From Massalongia carnosa (Eukaryota), in assembly GCA_965645245.1 (NCBI GenBank), contig OZ287081.1, positions 744,001 through 808,000 on the forward strand: 64,000 nt of DNA, written 5' to 3'. Below, one piece after another: positions 26,264 through 40,049 of this stretch. Position 1 is the stretch's first letter; each line of letters opens with the position of its first letter. The position numbers and the translations under genes are program-made. The notes beneath the pieces were generated by a model, which made no database searches, was not told where the DNA came from, and saw nothing but the letters and a program-made list of their open reading frames with translations.

Positions 26264-29200
26264 ATGGCTGCTCATGACGACAAGGATGGGCATTTTCTTA
26301 CCCCGCCGGCCGTCATGGCTTTACGCCAAGATAATGAGAAAGTTCGGGTGCCCATGGAACGATCGACTAGTATGGATATCCGGAAGGAACGGGACGATCT
26401 GAAGGAAGCCGCAGAACAATCATTGAACGTGATTCTCGACCTCGGCTTAGATGGGATCATACGCTGGGTTAGCCCCTCATGGAAGGACGTTGTTGGCAGC
26501 CCGGTGGAGTCGGTCAAGGACAGGCCTATCACGGATGTCCTGCTATCAAACAAAGATGCCTTCGCTTGCGCAGCTGAGTCAATGAAGAAAGATGATTCAA
26601 GAAGCCAGATTGTTCGATTTCAAGTTTTGATGGGGCCTGCGTCTGTTCTCAAGCGAAGACCATTGGACGTAGAAGCTGGTGAGGATGGGTGTACGAACTC
26701 GGCAGAAAACCAGGATATAGAGGAAATTTTGAATCTGGAAGGCCAAGGGATCATGGTATACGATCGATCTTCGGGCGGAGAAAGCCATGTAGGTAGATTG
26801 GAGCGGTATATTTATGTCTCGCTAATGGCACTGTAGACGATGTGGATGTTGCGACCATCCGCTAAACCTAGAGAGATAACAATAGACCTACCTGAAGTTC
26901 TCGTGGAGTCGCTGGGCGTTGGTGCGGAAATGCTCGCTCACTATTTGACCGCTTTGGCAGAGGTGGGAGCGAATGATCCAGCACACCATCCGCCTCCGCT
27001 TCCCGTACTCTGTCGGATCTGTGAACGTCAAATAACGCCCTGGTGGTTTGAAAAACACTCGGAAAACTGTTTGCAGGAGTATCGTGCGGAGATGGAGGTA
27101 CAGCTTGCTCAAGAAGCCCTAGCGGATCATCGCAACGCCATCGTTAAGGTATTAGATGGACTCGAGGCGCGCAAGGGCCGGCCCGTCTCAGGGGAGCCTT
27201 CTGGGTCGCCAGTTCCTTCCCCCGAGTATAAAGGATTGCCAATCGGTCCATCTTCAAGTTCCTCATCGGCCTCCGACTCAGGAAGGGCATCTCCTGCAAC
27301 GTCTTCTCGCTCCCGGGAACGATCTGTGGCTGGTCCTGGGCATGTCCGTTCTCGGTCGTTCGCCGTCCGCCGCCCGTTATCTAGAATCGTTGAGCTGATC
27401 CTTGATCTATGTGATACGGCGATGGAGATCAGCACGCCAGCTATCAAGGAAAGCAAAACTCAAGCGGGCGGGGAATTTAGAGCACAGTCTCCGCAATCAG
27501 AATCTCGAATCTCACAAGTCTTGGGGTGGCAAACCCCAGGTGCTGGTACATTGGAGCAGGAACAGGGCCTATCGAACTTGAGCGCCGACACTGAATCTCT
27601 GGCACGAGCCAAAGTAGACGCGGTTTTGCGGCATAGGAGGGTGATTGAGTATTCGGAGCGGATCCGGGTAGAGTATGATACGCTTGTCAACGATTGCGTT
27701 GATGCCGCAATGCATAAGGCCGCTCGTATTGCTGCCGGCCAACTGAGCGATTCCTCCGAAGGGGACCTTGAAGGGGACGATGTGACACCCGCCGCTCAGG
27801 AAGGGGACTTCTTCCAAAACGTCTTTGATGGCCAGTCTCCGATTGCCAGCAGCGTACGGACCGCTTCCGAGCCTTCCTCGGTGGCACAGCTATGTAGAAG
27901 ACCGTCTTCATTCGGACCATCCTCAAGGTCAAGCAGCCCAATGGAATGTCCGACCCCGCGATCACATACTCACAGCATTGCAATCTTAGGTCGTTCGCAA
28001 TCAATCAGCCACCGCAACTCCATTCAACTAGGAAGTGATGCCGGGGACAGCGACAGCAATCTATCTTCTTCGGTTCTCACATATTCCAGGCGGACAGAAT
28101 CACCAAATTCGGATTTCGTTGCAGGCAGGTCTGCGAGCTCCCGGGCTCGAAAACGTAGGAGTCTCAAGCTTCCCAATTTGCCTCCCCAAGATCGACGGCC
28201 TTCTCCAGCTAGGATTACCCAGCCATCATCACCTTTGAAGACCTCCAAGCCGAAGCTTCCATTTGGCCCAGAGCCGTTGCCTTCTCCAACGACATCACCT
28301 TTGCTGTCGCAAACAGAGCACTCGTCGCCGATCATGCATGCGTACCGTCATCGTCGCCAATCTTCAGCAACCTCCTCCGCGGTTGATTTGTCAAAACCTC
28401 CGTCCTCCCCTAGACTTGCGTCTACAAGTCAGCCGCCTGCAAGGGCAGTGCCTACTTCAATCAAAGATTTTGAAATCATCAAGCCTATTAGCAAAGGAGC
28501 GTTTGGTAGTGTGTATCTATCGAAGAAAAAATCTACAGGCGACTACTTCGCGATAAAGGTTCTCAAGAAAGCAGACATGGTAGCTAAGAATCAGGTCACA
28601 AACGTAAAAGCTGAGAGAGCCATTATGATGTGGCAAGGCGAAAGTGATTTTGTTGCGAAACTCTACTGGACCTTTTCAAGCAAAGACTATCTTTACCTTG
28701 TGATGGAATACCTGAACGGTGGCGACTGCGCCTCGCTGGTAAAGGTTCTGGGAGGACTTCCGGAGGACTGGGCGAAAAAGTACCTTGCCGAAGTCGTGCT
28801 TGGGATTGAGCACCTACATAGTCGAGGGATTGTGCATCGTGATTTAAAGCCGGATAATCTGCTAATCGACCAGAAAGGCCACTTGAAGCTTACCGATTTT
28901 GGCCTTTCGCGAATGGGGCTTATCGGACGCCAAAAGAGACTTCTCAAAAGCCCAAATGAGTCCACGCCGGATTTGCTGAGACATGGCCCTTTCGCCCGTG
29001 CCCAGTCAATGACTTCCTCTCGGTCGGCTTCGTTTGATTTGCAAAACCATTCACCAACTTCAACGCCAGTGATGACTCCTGACCTAGCTAGTTCATTGGG
29101 ACAGCCATCATATTTCAACCTAAACCGTGAGAGTATTCTAGGCCGAGAGCATTCGAGAAGGAAATCTGGCTATCGAAGCGATAGCGGCAACAGTGATACT

Positions 29201-31975
29201 TTCCACGCAATGTTCAGAAACTTCTCTTTGAACGATGATCAAGCGCAGCGAGGAGATTCTATTGAAGAGGAGACTCAGAGCGAGGGCGCAGAATCCCCAG
29301 ACTTATACGCCTTGCATTCATCAGTTAGCCATGGCAATGGTGGTCAACACAACACGCCGCCAACGTCTGGCATGCTGCCTCCCCCGATGGCTCTCTTTGA
29401 CCCTGAAGATCAGAATCGACGGTTCGTAGGAACTCCCGACTATCTCGCGCCTGAGACTATAAATGGGCTGGGTCAAGACGAGATGAGCGATTGGTGGTCT
29501 CTTGGATGTATCCTGTTTGAGTTCCTCTTTGGATATCCACCCTTCCACGCAGAGGCTCCCGAGAAGGTTTTTGAAAACATTTTGGCACGAAAGATCGATT
29601 GGCCAAATGAGGAGGAAGCCATGGTTTCTGAGGAGGCAAAAGACCTCATGCAAGGTTTAATGACCATAAATCCGAAGGCGCGTCTTGGCGCAAATATGTT
29701 GGATAAGTACTCGTCCGGTGGGGATGAAATCAGGGGGCACGCATGGTTTAAATTAATCAACTGGGCCACCTTGCTTGAAGATGAAGCCCAGTTTGTTCCA
29801 GCACCACAGAATCCAGAAGACACAGAGTATTTCGATGCGAGAGGAGCTACTTTGCAGGCCTTTGCGGAAGAGTTGGAGGATCAGTCCTCTCCTGCTATGA
29901 CGCCAGGTGCCGACTATCTAGAAAGACCCCATGATGCCCTTTCACGAGTGAGATCTCAGGTAAACTCGATGAAGCGAGGATTGATGCCGCTGCACATACC
30001 AGCTCACGTTCGAGATGGCCGCAATCGAAGGCTCAGTGAGCCAGTCGCAACGGATGACTTCGGTGCTTTCACATTCAAGAATCTTCCAGTCCTCGAAAAG
30101 GCAAATAAAGACGTGCTTCAGAAGCTACGCGCCGAGGCTGCCCAGAAACAAACCAAAATCACCATTCCAAATCCATCACCTGGCGGCATGTCACCAGCTC
30201 CATCTTTAGAGGGCAGTCCTCTTTTACCGATGCCACTCAAGCGAGCGCTATCGGCGAACAAAGGTATAAACCGGCCTGCATCCCCTTCAAATCTTATTCA
30301 GGCTACTTCTTCGCCAAGCCGTGCCTCTCAGCCATCCTCTCCCCTACTTGTTTCGTTTTCCGCTGGGCCTAATCATGAGAGAAGAAAAACATCAAGTACT
30401 TCTTCAACCCTATCTCATCAATCTAGCAGCTCATTGCAGCCAGGTAGTTTCTTTGACGTCTCGAGGTTGCCAGTTACGTCTGCCACGTCGTCTCCTATCA
30501 AAACCAGCCGTGTGCCGATTACGTCGCCTGAGAAAGCCCCTGCTTTGGTACGTCCGAATAGTCTCCCGGCATCTCGAACACGATCGCAGACCGTTGGTTC
30601 TCAGGAAGGGGATATTCCTCCGTCCAAGCCGTTTGGTCATCACAAACGGAGAAGCCAAGTCTTTGAAATCTCTCCTTCGTCTTCGGATAACGAAGATCCA
30701 CGTGCAAAGGCTCTTCTCCGTGTTCAGCGACGGCGGCAAAGTTCAAGAAGGATGTCTCAGATACTAACCGGTGATGGACCCGCATTTCGTCCTCTTGACG
30801 TGTTGATCTGCGAAGATCACCCGGTCTCCCGGATTGTGATGGAGAGATTGCTGGAAAAGCTACGCTGCCGCACTATCACGGTCATCAACGGACCAGAAGC
30901 AGCTAGATATGCAATGAGCGAAGTTCAATTCGACGTTATTCTTATGGAGTTCAAGCTGCCTCAGATCAACGGCGCTGATGTTGCTCGGATGATCAGGGAC
31001 ACAAAGAGCGCCAATACCCAAACACCTATCGTTTGTGTGACTGGGTACCTGAAGGAACTCCCACAAACCCATCATTTCGATTTATTGATTGAAAAGCCAC
31101 CGACATTAGCCAAACTTACCCAAGCATTAGGCAATCTCTGTCAATGGAGACCCCCACCGCCAGGATACAACCTGCAGCCAACCCAAACCATGCCATCCAG
31201 CCTTCGGCAAGAATCCCACCACACCGAAGACAGCCCGAGCTCTCAATCTTCTGGGCCATTTGCACATATGTCGGGCTCGCTTTACCGAGTCTCTAGTCGA
31301 GAGCATTCCATTGGCTCCAGCTTCTTCGGTGATACAGACTCAACCAACACCGAAGACATACCTATTATAGTTGGCAGGCACTCAGATGAATGGCCACCAA
31401 ACGGCCTGGGGATCTCCGAAGAACTATTAGGCCCCCAACCTTTCATCCACCCTGGCCTTCCGCATCTCCTCCACCAAAACTCTGCCCCTCCGATCTTGGA
31501 ACGCCGCACTCCAAGGAAGCAGCGCTCCGTCGAGGCCATGAAAGCGAAGCGTGAAACCTTGGAAAAGAATCGCCATCAGTGCGCCGAGTCTGGTGACGAT
31601 GAGGACGAGGAGCTCGGCGATGTACAAGTCCGCGCCAGGAGTCCACAGGGCAAGCAACGCGGGTCCAAGCTAAGTATTGAGATGATGCGGACCAACAGCC
31701 GGGGCAGCGTCACCTCTGGACCCGAGGACCCGGTGATGCACAGGCGAGATCTGCATTCCAAGCTGCCATCAATGGAGGCACAGGCACGACTTGAGGTCAA
31801 AGGAAGTCATTATGCTTCCATCACGCCGCCGAAGATGTTTCCCCCGGAAGCGAAGGGAAATGCGGTCAAGGAAATTGATATGGATGCTACGCCAAGGGCT
31901 CCGACCACAATGGCACCTAGTGGAGTTCAAGCGATAGATATGCAGTTGGATCCACCGTCACCATCGCCAATTTAA
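26264..31975 (+). CDS. RIM15: Rim15/Cek1 (Greatwall-like) Ser/Thr kinase with PAS, zinc finger and receiver domains
   Basis: PAS-like N-terminus, CRICE..H..C, IKPISKGAFGSV, HRDLKPDN, DFG, long insert then FVGTPDYLAPE, REC domain (LICEDHPV); intron 26789-26836. Confidence 0.95.
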
Positions 31976-34900
31976 TCTTACCGTTTACATACCAAGCCAA
32001 GAAATTTTCGGAGAAGGTTTTTGTTGCCAGCTACGAAGACTAGCTCAATCGGATGGCCAATATTCGTTGTTAAGGCTATGAGGTCTTCTGCGAACTGCCT
32101 GCTTCTATGCCTTGTTCCCCCTTAGCAGCATTTACTAGTGGATCTACAGCGTTCTTTGCCAAAAGCAATGCCGCACTCCATGACTTGCCTCCAAGCTCTT
32201 TAAATGTTCCCTTGGGATCCGGAAAGTGCATCCACTGTAGCCTTCTCCCTCAAAAAGCAACTTTGCTTAAAGATCCTTTGCAATCTTGTACTATCTTGTA
32301 CTGTACAAAATCTCTCTACTCGTCACATTTGCTCTTTCCTTCATCATCCTATCGAATCCCGCTTCGTGCGACTCAGTATCGGTTGTACCTCTCTAGGACA
32401 TTACACTCGACTTTCAATTTCCAAATAAACAAAAAAAGAATCTTACGAATCTTCCTTTTAAACCATCACAACAAATCTCCATTCTCTGTTTGCCTCTTCT
32501 CATTCCAACCCCTTTTCTCGCAACATCAGAGAAACTCAATCGACGCGTTTCTTTTGTTTTTCTCTCAGCCACGAGCTTGAGGAAAGGCGTTTCCAGGTAG
32601 TTATTTTCAATTCCTGGGTGGCGTTGAAGATGAAGCGTATCTCTTTCCTTCTTCAGCCATCTGTGAACCATAGGTTATTGAGGGCGACATGGGCGGGCCG
32701 GGAGAGCTGCGTGATGCGGGTGGGTACGATTGTTTGTGGGAGGTGCGGAGTGTTTTCTATGTTGGGGGTGTAAGGGGGTAGGGGATTGGTGTTGCAAGTG
32801 TTGGGTTGGGTTGGTCCGTACTAAGGTTGCTTGGTGGGGTTTTGATTTCATCATTACCGATGGTACTTGAGCTTTTATCTTTATTCTGTTTAAGGAAAGA
32901 AAAGGACCCCGACGGGGAGAAACGGATAGTGGATGATTAGAAGACTACTGAGAAGAGAACACCTCTTCGGGACTTTGTGTTCCCTCTCTCCTTTCTCTCA
33001 TTAGGCGACCAACTCAGACTCGATCTAGCGCACCGGGTGGGGTTCCAAAGTAGAAGTATTTTTCTCTCTAAACTTTGGTTTTTCTTCGAAAGTATCATAT
33101 TACATGCCTCCAGGTTTATTTTTTTAAAAGGATTTAGATAAGATCGAAACCGTGTAAATGGTTATTCACAACTCGTCGTGAAGGCTTAGCCTTTGTGTTG
33201 TGAACTTCCGTTTTAATTTTCTACATAACAAATATTCGAGTTTTATATTAAATCCCAATCTTACTTTAAACCAGTGCCTTCGCCTTATGTCTCTCCCTTC
33301 AACATAAAGAATAGAAAGAAGAAAAGAAGACGATAAATGAAAACCTGCTTCTCACAACATGAATGGCATCCTATCGCCACGTACGAAATTGGTCAGATAT
33401 CTATTGAGGGGAGGGGGGGTTGGGGGAAGTTTACTCGACTGCGTATTTTGGGAGATTTATATAAAGAAGACAAGACCAAGAGTTAAGAATTGGCTATACT
33501 CAAGTAAGTATCAATTGATGTATAAAATTTGGGGAAAATCCACTTACTCGTCCATCTTTCTCTCCCCCCCTTGCTTATCTATCTACCTACTATACATACG
33601 TACATTCTTGGAGAGGGCTGGGAAAGCTTCGGAAAGCTCGTCTGAGAAGAAGCGGAGGTGGGGAAAGGGGGGGGTTAGGACATACTAGCTAGGTTGTGAT
33701 AGGTGGGTGGGTGAGTGGATGGATGAGTGGATGAATGGGAGGGGAGGGAATGAAGAAGATATATGAGAAGAAAAAAGGACTTGGTTTCTTTTGCTCTTTC
33801 TTTCCTCCCTCCTCTCTTTCCTTCTTTCCTTGCATTTCCTCTCCAGAAACCCCGGTATCAAAAATCCTTGCAACGAAAATCAAAAACTGTTGGAAAAGGG
33901 GCTGGTATGGCCGAGAGAAGGAGGTTGGTTCAGATGGATGGATGGATTACATGATTGATGCGTAGGGATTGAAGTGGACTGAAGCTAGGGTTCGGAGTTT
34001 AGAGTGGCCTGTCCAACAATTCCCCCCCTTCCGGAACTTGTTTGGATAGTAAAATGAACACGGGTACCTAAGTAAGAGAGAGATTGGGTTTTCGTTTGCG
34101 TGCGTCGATCTATCCATCTAATCTGTCTATCTACGGGATAGCTTTGTCTGTCTATATTTATCTATCTACTCTATTCCGGCGTTATATCTCTCTCTAGCAC
34201 CATATCTTGCTTAGAAGTGGCCACGGGCATTGCCGCCTCCCCCCTTGCCCCACCTATGGCTCCTCCCTTCCCCTTTGGCAGGCCAGCAATCACAAGAAAT
34301 AAACGGTTGGTCAGCATCTAAAAGGACAGTCCGGTCCCTTTTTGAGTTTCCGGTTGCGCTGCCTCACGAGGGCCTCATCTATAATTTTTTGTCCTAAAAG
34401 TATCTTTTATATGCGAAAACCTATCCCCTCCCATGCCCGCTTTCGCTTCTCTAAAGGTGAATTCAACAAAGACCCTCAAGCCCTACCTGCTCCAGAGAAA
34501 AAGAACATTACGGCGTATCTCCAGGGTCATCATATCCCACCGTCCCAAGGATAGGTGGAATGCTGATTACTGAAAAAGCTGTACGTTTTTGGGATGCGCT
34601 GAGAAGGTTTGAGGCTGGGTCCGTTGCTCTTATTTGGAAAACTCAGAATAGTCTGATCTGACCATCAATCAGCCACTCCGTCTGCGTTTCTTGGGGCTTT
34701 CCCCTTAAAATTGCGGCGGGCGAATCAGAGATGGTGGAATAAATGCTAGTTGACAGGCAAAGTAGGAAGGCCCTTAGAAGGAGTCGAGAGGAAAGGTTTA
34801 TGAATAGGTCCAGTGAGGTAATAAGACAGCATAGAGTATGTTCGCTGACATCTGTGTAAGCACACATTGATGTACACTAAGATTTAATAGCTCATACCTC

Positions 34901-35252
34901 TGGATGGGGCATCAACCTTCACCGCGGCGAATAGTTCCAGCCGAAGGCATTGCAGATTGAGTTTCCCAGAGTTCCGCCAGCTTTGATTAGCCTGCTAGTA
35001 CTGGAGCTTTTATACCCATCGTTTCTTTTGTAGCTTATCGGCTCTTGCCATATCCAGCGAGTTTATTATAAAAATGTCGTCCAAAATGGAGCTGGAGAGG
35101 ATTTAGTCCCTTGTGACTTGGTATAAAAGGCCAGGCATACGCGGGCCAGCCTTTCCATCCAGCAATATGTCGTAATCAGCAAAGATATGTTTACACCAAG
35201 TTCTCATATTTTTCAGTAATAGACGCAAAGCTAACAGCAACTATCAACAGCA

Positions 35253-38200
35253 TCACACTCCGTCTCCACTCGCCTTATTCGCAAACCCCTTATCAATAGC
35301 AAAAATCCATTCTGCCTTCTGCACCTCGCTCCTCGCGGCAAATAACCATGCCCGCATCGGCGCGTAAACGGCAAAAATATTGCGCGCCACGCGTTCGCTT
35401 TGTAATAGTTTTTGCACCGGGGGATCATGATCGATGCGGGCGTTGTGAAGGTTTATGATGGCGATTTCGTCGCCCGAGGGGACGTTGTAGATGTGTAGAT
35501 AAGGGGGCCGGAGCTCGGCGAAGTGGCGCTGCCAGCGTGGGGCAGTGGGGGAAGGGATTAAGATGTAGGAGGATTTGAGGACGGAGGGGTTTTTGGGAAT
35601 GCGAAGGATGGTAGCGTGGAGGCGTGGAGGCGTAGATGGGGAGGATGGGGAGGAATTTGGCGTAGCTGGTAGAGGTGACGGGGTAGGAGGTTGTGGTGGG
35701 ATGGTCCAAAGGTTAAGATATTTTTTAAGTATAGTTTGTTGATGATTGGTGACTTTCTCTAGGTCTGAAGACGAAGGTAGTATGGGGATCTTACGTCGTC
35801 GAAGAAATACCTTTGCCGCTTCAACCTCGGAAGCGCGTTGCCTCCTTTTCTGAGATCGCACAAAATCTCGAATCAGACTAGTTCCTCTCGGCTTCCAATT
35901 AGGTAGGTTTTCTTCGCCTCTGACATACCCATCTTGACTGTTCATCCTCCAAATATCCGTCACACGCTTTGTAGAAGCGGGTTTCAGCAGCACAGAGAAT
36001 ATACCAGAAGTTGAGTGTACCACCCTAGTTATTTTCCAAAATTGCTTGAACAAGGACTGGGAGCGGAGCCATGACCGTGGTCGGATCTGAACTTGTTGGT
36101 CCAGGGAGAACGTCATTGTGCTATCCACCCGCATAGAGATAATCTCGATGAACACCGAAAGTTGCACAATATGCTTGTCTGCAGTAGGCCGATTAAGGAG
36201 CAACGAGTTATGAAGACTTGAGTCCCATTGCCCCATGACGGTTATTTCCTTGGTTCCATCTTCATTTTCTGTTATACTTGGATCCTGCACCAACTTCAAA
36301 GCAACATCCGTACCTTCGTTGCCTAGATGAGGGATGGAAGCCCCAGAATCCACGAGTTTCAAACTCCCAATCCGCAGAGATTTAACCTCTTTCCATCTCA
36401 TGGACTCACTCGATGAATATGCTAGGTTGATTACAATCCTTCGCTGTAAGCCTTGATGCAGCTGGTAGGTCCCTAAATCGAGACTATCGTGTTGCTCTAC
36501 CTCCACCGGCAGGTATTCACCTGTTTCAGACAATTCTAGAATCTTGGCTTTAGCAAAAACGTCATGCTGCTCTTGCACATAGTACTGTGACTCTGGTATG
36601 CGCGCCCGCCGTGGTTGCTGCTCACGCTTCAAACTCTGCTCGCTCAGTTCTCGCATCTCGTCCCAACTAAGCAACTTATCAAGATGCATGGCGGTAACTC
36701 TGGCGTAAATCACAATCCTTAGTACTGCAGTACGAGGGCTTTGAAGCGGTAAGCTCATGCTGTGAACACTCTCAAATCGGACTGGATCCTCGTCAAAATC
36801 CTTGATTATCTGGGTAGTAGTTGCCCCCCCTTCTTCACTAATGCCAGGTATATGCATCTGAGCATGAACATCGGTTCCTTCGCGTTCTGCAAATCCTACC
36901 ATATCATGTATGATGACGTTGAATTTGAGCATTGAGGAGGGTGCTTGTGCGGAAGATGGCTCCAGCGATAGCTTGATCAACCCAATTGCTTCGTGTGTGT
37001 ATATTGAAATTACCTCTGTTGAATAATCATGTACGCGGGCTTCAAATACTGCTGCCAAAGGCACATCAGCTTCGCCAAGCATCGAAAACTGAGGTAGACA
37101 TGGCTCAATGAATGGATTTTTCAGCCGAAAATGCTGCACGTAATCTGGCCGATTCAGGTACTGATGCATCTGACGCATCGTCTGTACTCGAAGCTCAAGC
37201 TTCTCCAGGGACCATACATGAATAATAGCATGCCGATAGTCTATCACTCGGACTGCGATACATGGTTTTTTTGCATCGTCGAGTGCTGGATCCTCATCCC
37301 CCGAAATCCCGCTTAAAACAAGGTCATAAGAAGAGCACAGATTGTGTCCTTGGCCAACCACCATAAACTGAAAGAACACATGCTTGTTCATGGCTTGACT
37401 CATCACCTGAGCCTCTTTTAATACCACAGCATGTCGGAGAATTGCCTCTGCCAGCCGAACATGCTTCACTTGTCGCCATTGAGTAGCGGCAAGTTTAGCT
37501 ATTCGCTTTTCTTCGTCTGAAAGGTCGACAGCGCCATCTTTCATGAGTTTGGGGATTGAGAGCCTTGAAACCTCATTTAGTTCTTTTTCAAAAGCCTCTT
37601 GTTGTGCTTTTAGTTGTAGTTGGAATTCTTCTTTTGCAGCTATTAAAGCCGTCTCCATTCGCTCTTTTTCCGCTTTAAGTTCTTCCAGATCATGCGGAGT
37701 ATAAAATTCGGTAAAATTAGGCCGGTCTTGACACTCCTCTCTTTGCTCGTCAGGCTCAACTTGCATGTCATCGTGCATGGAGCATAGCCTTTCGTCTTCG
37801 TCGACAGCTTCCTCCACGCCGTCTTGCGATGGTGTGCTAGGTAAAGTGATGGCAGTATCGAGCGAAAAGTTGTCCATCGTACCGTTTGACATGTATTTTT
37901 CTCGAACCGCAAAAGAGCTGATTGAGTCAAAATCTTCATCATCAGGCCCGAGGAGCCTTGATTCCGGTCGACCTTTCCGGACTGCCCTAACACGCTGCAC
38001 ATCATCAAATAGTGAATCTAGCTCCTCATCAGTTAGATGGAGAATCTTTTGATCAGCTCCCAACATAGCGCCAGCAGCCTCTCTACGCGCATATGACCAG
38101 TCTGAATCTCGACTACCCCGCCCAGGCATAAGGGATTCTGATCTGCTGGTTTCGCCGTCTAGATCAGATTCGACAATGCTAATATTTCGCCCATGAGCCG

Positions 38201-40049
38201 GCCTTGGCACAGGCGATCCCAGCTGGCTTGTGGTGACGGTATGTCGGAGCAAGCTTTGCTCTTTACGTTCAGCACGTGCTTCTAGGGGATGGTTGAATCG
38301 GAATATATGAAAGTCACCAAGAATAATTCGATTCCCGCTCCGGAGTCGTTTCGCCGTGTCAATGCGAAGCCCATTGACCATTACTGCGGCTCCGTCTCTT
38401 GGGACAATGGTAACGTGTCCGTCAGCATTTTCGAATGTACAATGGTCGCGAAGGATCTTTGATCCATTCAGGCGTATCTCCGAAGTTGTGCTTGGATCTT
38501 CGACATTGCCAACAGCCGTAGCACCCGGTTTGATATTGTATACAAGACATTCAGCAAGTAACGGATCGTCGCTCAAATTGACTAAATGCGGCACCTTTTT
38601 AGGGGTCGAGAGCCCAACGAAGCCTTTCTCGATGCTGATACCGAGTTCTTCAAGCGCAGCCTCTCGCTCTTTATGGATTTTCTCCGTCTTTTGGAGTTTT
38701 TCCTCCCAAGTCTGATTTAAATCCTTGTACAGCTTTTCGGACTGGTTTAGTTGTTCTGCAATCTCTGCTTTGGATACTTTCTTAACGGTTCCATCTGCTT
38801 GAGAAATGGATACAATTTGCTGGTCCAACGGGGTGTCCGGAGCATATTGCTCCTCGGCAACTCCGCCAGAAGTCGCACCGCTTCCCAATTTTGATCTTAG
38901 CTGAGCTAATTCTTCTTTCAGTTCCCTAATCATGCGAGCATTCGGATCCTCGTTGATCACCGCGTGGTTCTTGATTCGCTTGGCTGAGTTGGCATATCTT
39001 AAGGTACTTAAAGTCTCTTCAAAATTGATATCTGCAGGTGATATTGCCGCAATCATGGCCGTCATGCTATTGCCCCCGAGAGAGTCCTTGAGCAACCACG
39101 TTAAGACGGAATCTCGATATGGGACCATTGACATATTTCTCTTCTTTCCGGTCGATAGATCTGCTAGGGCCGCAATGACTCGACCAAGTGTCGACAACGA
39201 GCGATTAATCTCGGCACCTTCCTTCAACCGAGCCCCAGTCGCCCCAGTCGAAGTCGCTCTCTCGGAACCTGCAAGGTCAACCAGGCTAATCTTCGCCACT
39301 TTCTCCGTATCCATGCGAGTTTCCACATCGTGTCGCTTTTGCGTCACCGTCAGCGTAAATACAGCATGCGATCGGCTTGACGTCTCATTCATGCTTGTGG
39401 CTGCTACCGTCCTGGCTTTGTTCCCCTCATCCATGAGATGTTGAATTTCCTGAAATGACCCTACCACCAGCTTCGCCAGGTCTTCCACATAAGGTCCTGT
39501 CGATGGATGTTCTCGAACCTTGAGGTTTCCCTTGGTCGCCGGATTTAACAAGTCCCGTACCCGCTCATTGTATATTTCCAAGTACGAAACCTCCACGGTA
39601 CACGTTAAATTCCGGTCCTTTTGCATCTCCGTTATCCTCTCGAACATATCGTGACAGATCCTCGGGATCACGCCTGCTTCCTCGCCGTACCCCATCATGC
39701 TGTAGCTCTTGCCCGACCCCGTTTGCCCATAAGCAAAGATACAGTTGTTGTAGCCTTGAAAGGCATTGTCCAGCAGCGGGGCGCCCAGGTCTTCAAAAAG
39801 ATTGTCTTGCCCGGCAAAATTCGGATCGCCTCGATCAAAGGACCAATAACTTTTGTCGAACGCGAAGACCTTCTGACCATCGGCACCTTTCCCACCTTTG
39901 GAGCCTCGCAGGCGCTCTTCGGCCTCGGGAGGTGGCACCAAGATGGTCTGGGCATCTTTCATTTGCACCACACATTTTGCCTTCCTATTTAGCTCGCGTC
40001 CATTGAATGGTCTCACTCTGACCACGACCTTGATATTTCCGACCGCCAT
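35253..40049 (-). CDS. Kinesin-3 (Unc104/KIF1-type) motor, single exon, 1598 aa
   Basis: GQTGSGKS, SSRSH, LVDLAGSE; PHLVNLSDDPLL + FHA region; C-terminal PH-like domain (WQRHFAELRPPYLHIY). Confidence 0.93.
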   Translation of the reverse strand: MAVGNIKVVVRVRPFNGRELNRKAKCVVQMKDAQTILVPPPEAEERLRGSKGGKGADGQKVFAFDKSYWSFDRGDPNFAGQDNLFEDLGAPLLDNAFQGYNNCIFAYGQTGSGKSYSMMGYGEEAGVIPRICHDMFERITEMQKDRNLTCTVEVSYLEIYNERVRDLLNPATKGNLKVREHPSTGPYVEDLAKLVVGSFQEIQHLMDEGNKARTVAATSMNETSSRSHAVFTLTVTQKRHDVETRMDTEKVAKISLVDLAGSERATSTGATGARLKEGAEINRSLSTLGRVIAALADLSTGKKRNMSMVPYRDSVLTWLLKDSLGGNSMTAMIAAISPADINFEETLSTLRYANSAKRIKNHAVINEDPNARMIRELKEELAQLRSKLGSGATSGGVAEEQYAPDTPLDQQIVSISQADGTVKKVSKAEIAEQLNQSEKLYKDLNQTWEEKLQKTEKIHKEREAALEELGISIEKGFVGLSTPKKVPHLVNLSDDPLLAECLVYNIKPGATAVGNVEDPSTTSEIRLNGSKILRDHCTFENADGHVTIVPRDGAAVMVNGLRIDTAKRLRSGNRIILGDFHIFRFNHPLEARAERKEQSLLRHTVTTSQLGSPVPRPAHGRNISIVESDLDGETSRSESLMPGRGSRDSDWSYARREAAGAMLGADQKILHLTDEELDSLFDDVQRVRAVRKGRPESRLLGPDDEDFDSISSFAVREKYMSNGTMDNFSLDTAITLPSTPSQDGVEEAVDEDERLCSMHDDMQVEPDEQREECQDRPNFTEFYTPHDLEELKAEKERMETALIAAKEEFQLQLKAQQEAFEKELNEVSRLSIPKLMKDGAVDLSDEEKRIAKLAATQWRQVKHVRLAEAILRHAVVLKEAQVMSQAMNKHVFFQFMVVGQGHNLCSSYDLVLSGISGDEDPALDDAKKPCIAVRVIDYRHAIIHVWSLEKLELRVQTMRQMHQYLNRPDYVQHFRLKNPFIEPCLPQFSMLGEADVPLAAVFEARVHDYSTEVISIYTHEAIGLIKLSLEPSSAQAPSSMLKFNVIIHDMVGFAEREGTDVHAQMHIPGISEEGGATTTQIIKDFDEDPVRFESVHSMSLPLQSPRTAVLRIVIYARVTAMHLDKLLSWDEMRELSEQSLKREQQPRRARIPESQYYVQEQHDVFAKAKILELSETGEYLPVEVEQHDSLDLGTYQLHQGLQRRIVINLAYSSSESMRWKEVKSLRIGSLKLVDSGASIPHLGNEGTDVALKLVQDPSITENEDGTKEITVMGQWDSSLHNSLLLNRPTADKHIVQLSVFIEIISMRVDSTMTFSLDQQVQIRPRSWLRSQSLFKQFWKITRVVHSTSGIFSVLLKPASTKRVTDIWRMNSQDGYVRGEENLPNWKPRGTSLIRDFVRSQKRRQRASEVEAAKVFLRRRKIPILPSSSDLEKVTNHQQTILKKYLNLWTIPPQPPTPSPLPATPNSSPSSPSTPPRLHATILRIPKNPSVLKSSYILIPSPTAPRWQRHFAELRPPYLHIYNVPSGDEIAIINLHNARIDHDPPVQKLLQSERVARNIFAVYAPMRAWLFAARSEVQKAEWIFAIDKGFANKASGDGV

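Noticed and set aside
32107..35200. Several short ORFs in the 3.3 kb gap between RIM15 and kinesin-3
   Set aside because: Low-complexity purine/pyrimidine tracts; translations lack protein-like features and no consistent exon chain or RNA gene was visible.
38932..39444. 170-aa antisense ORF within kinesin, and similar antisense ORFs in RIM15 and ARS2
   Set aside because: Expected shadow ORFs opposite long coding sequences; no independent evidence.
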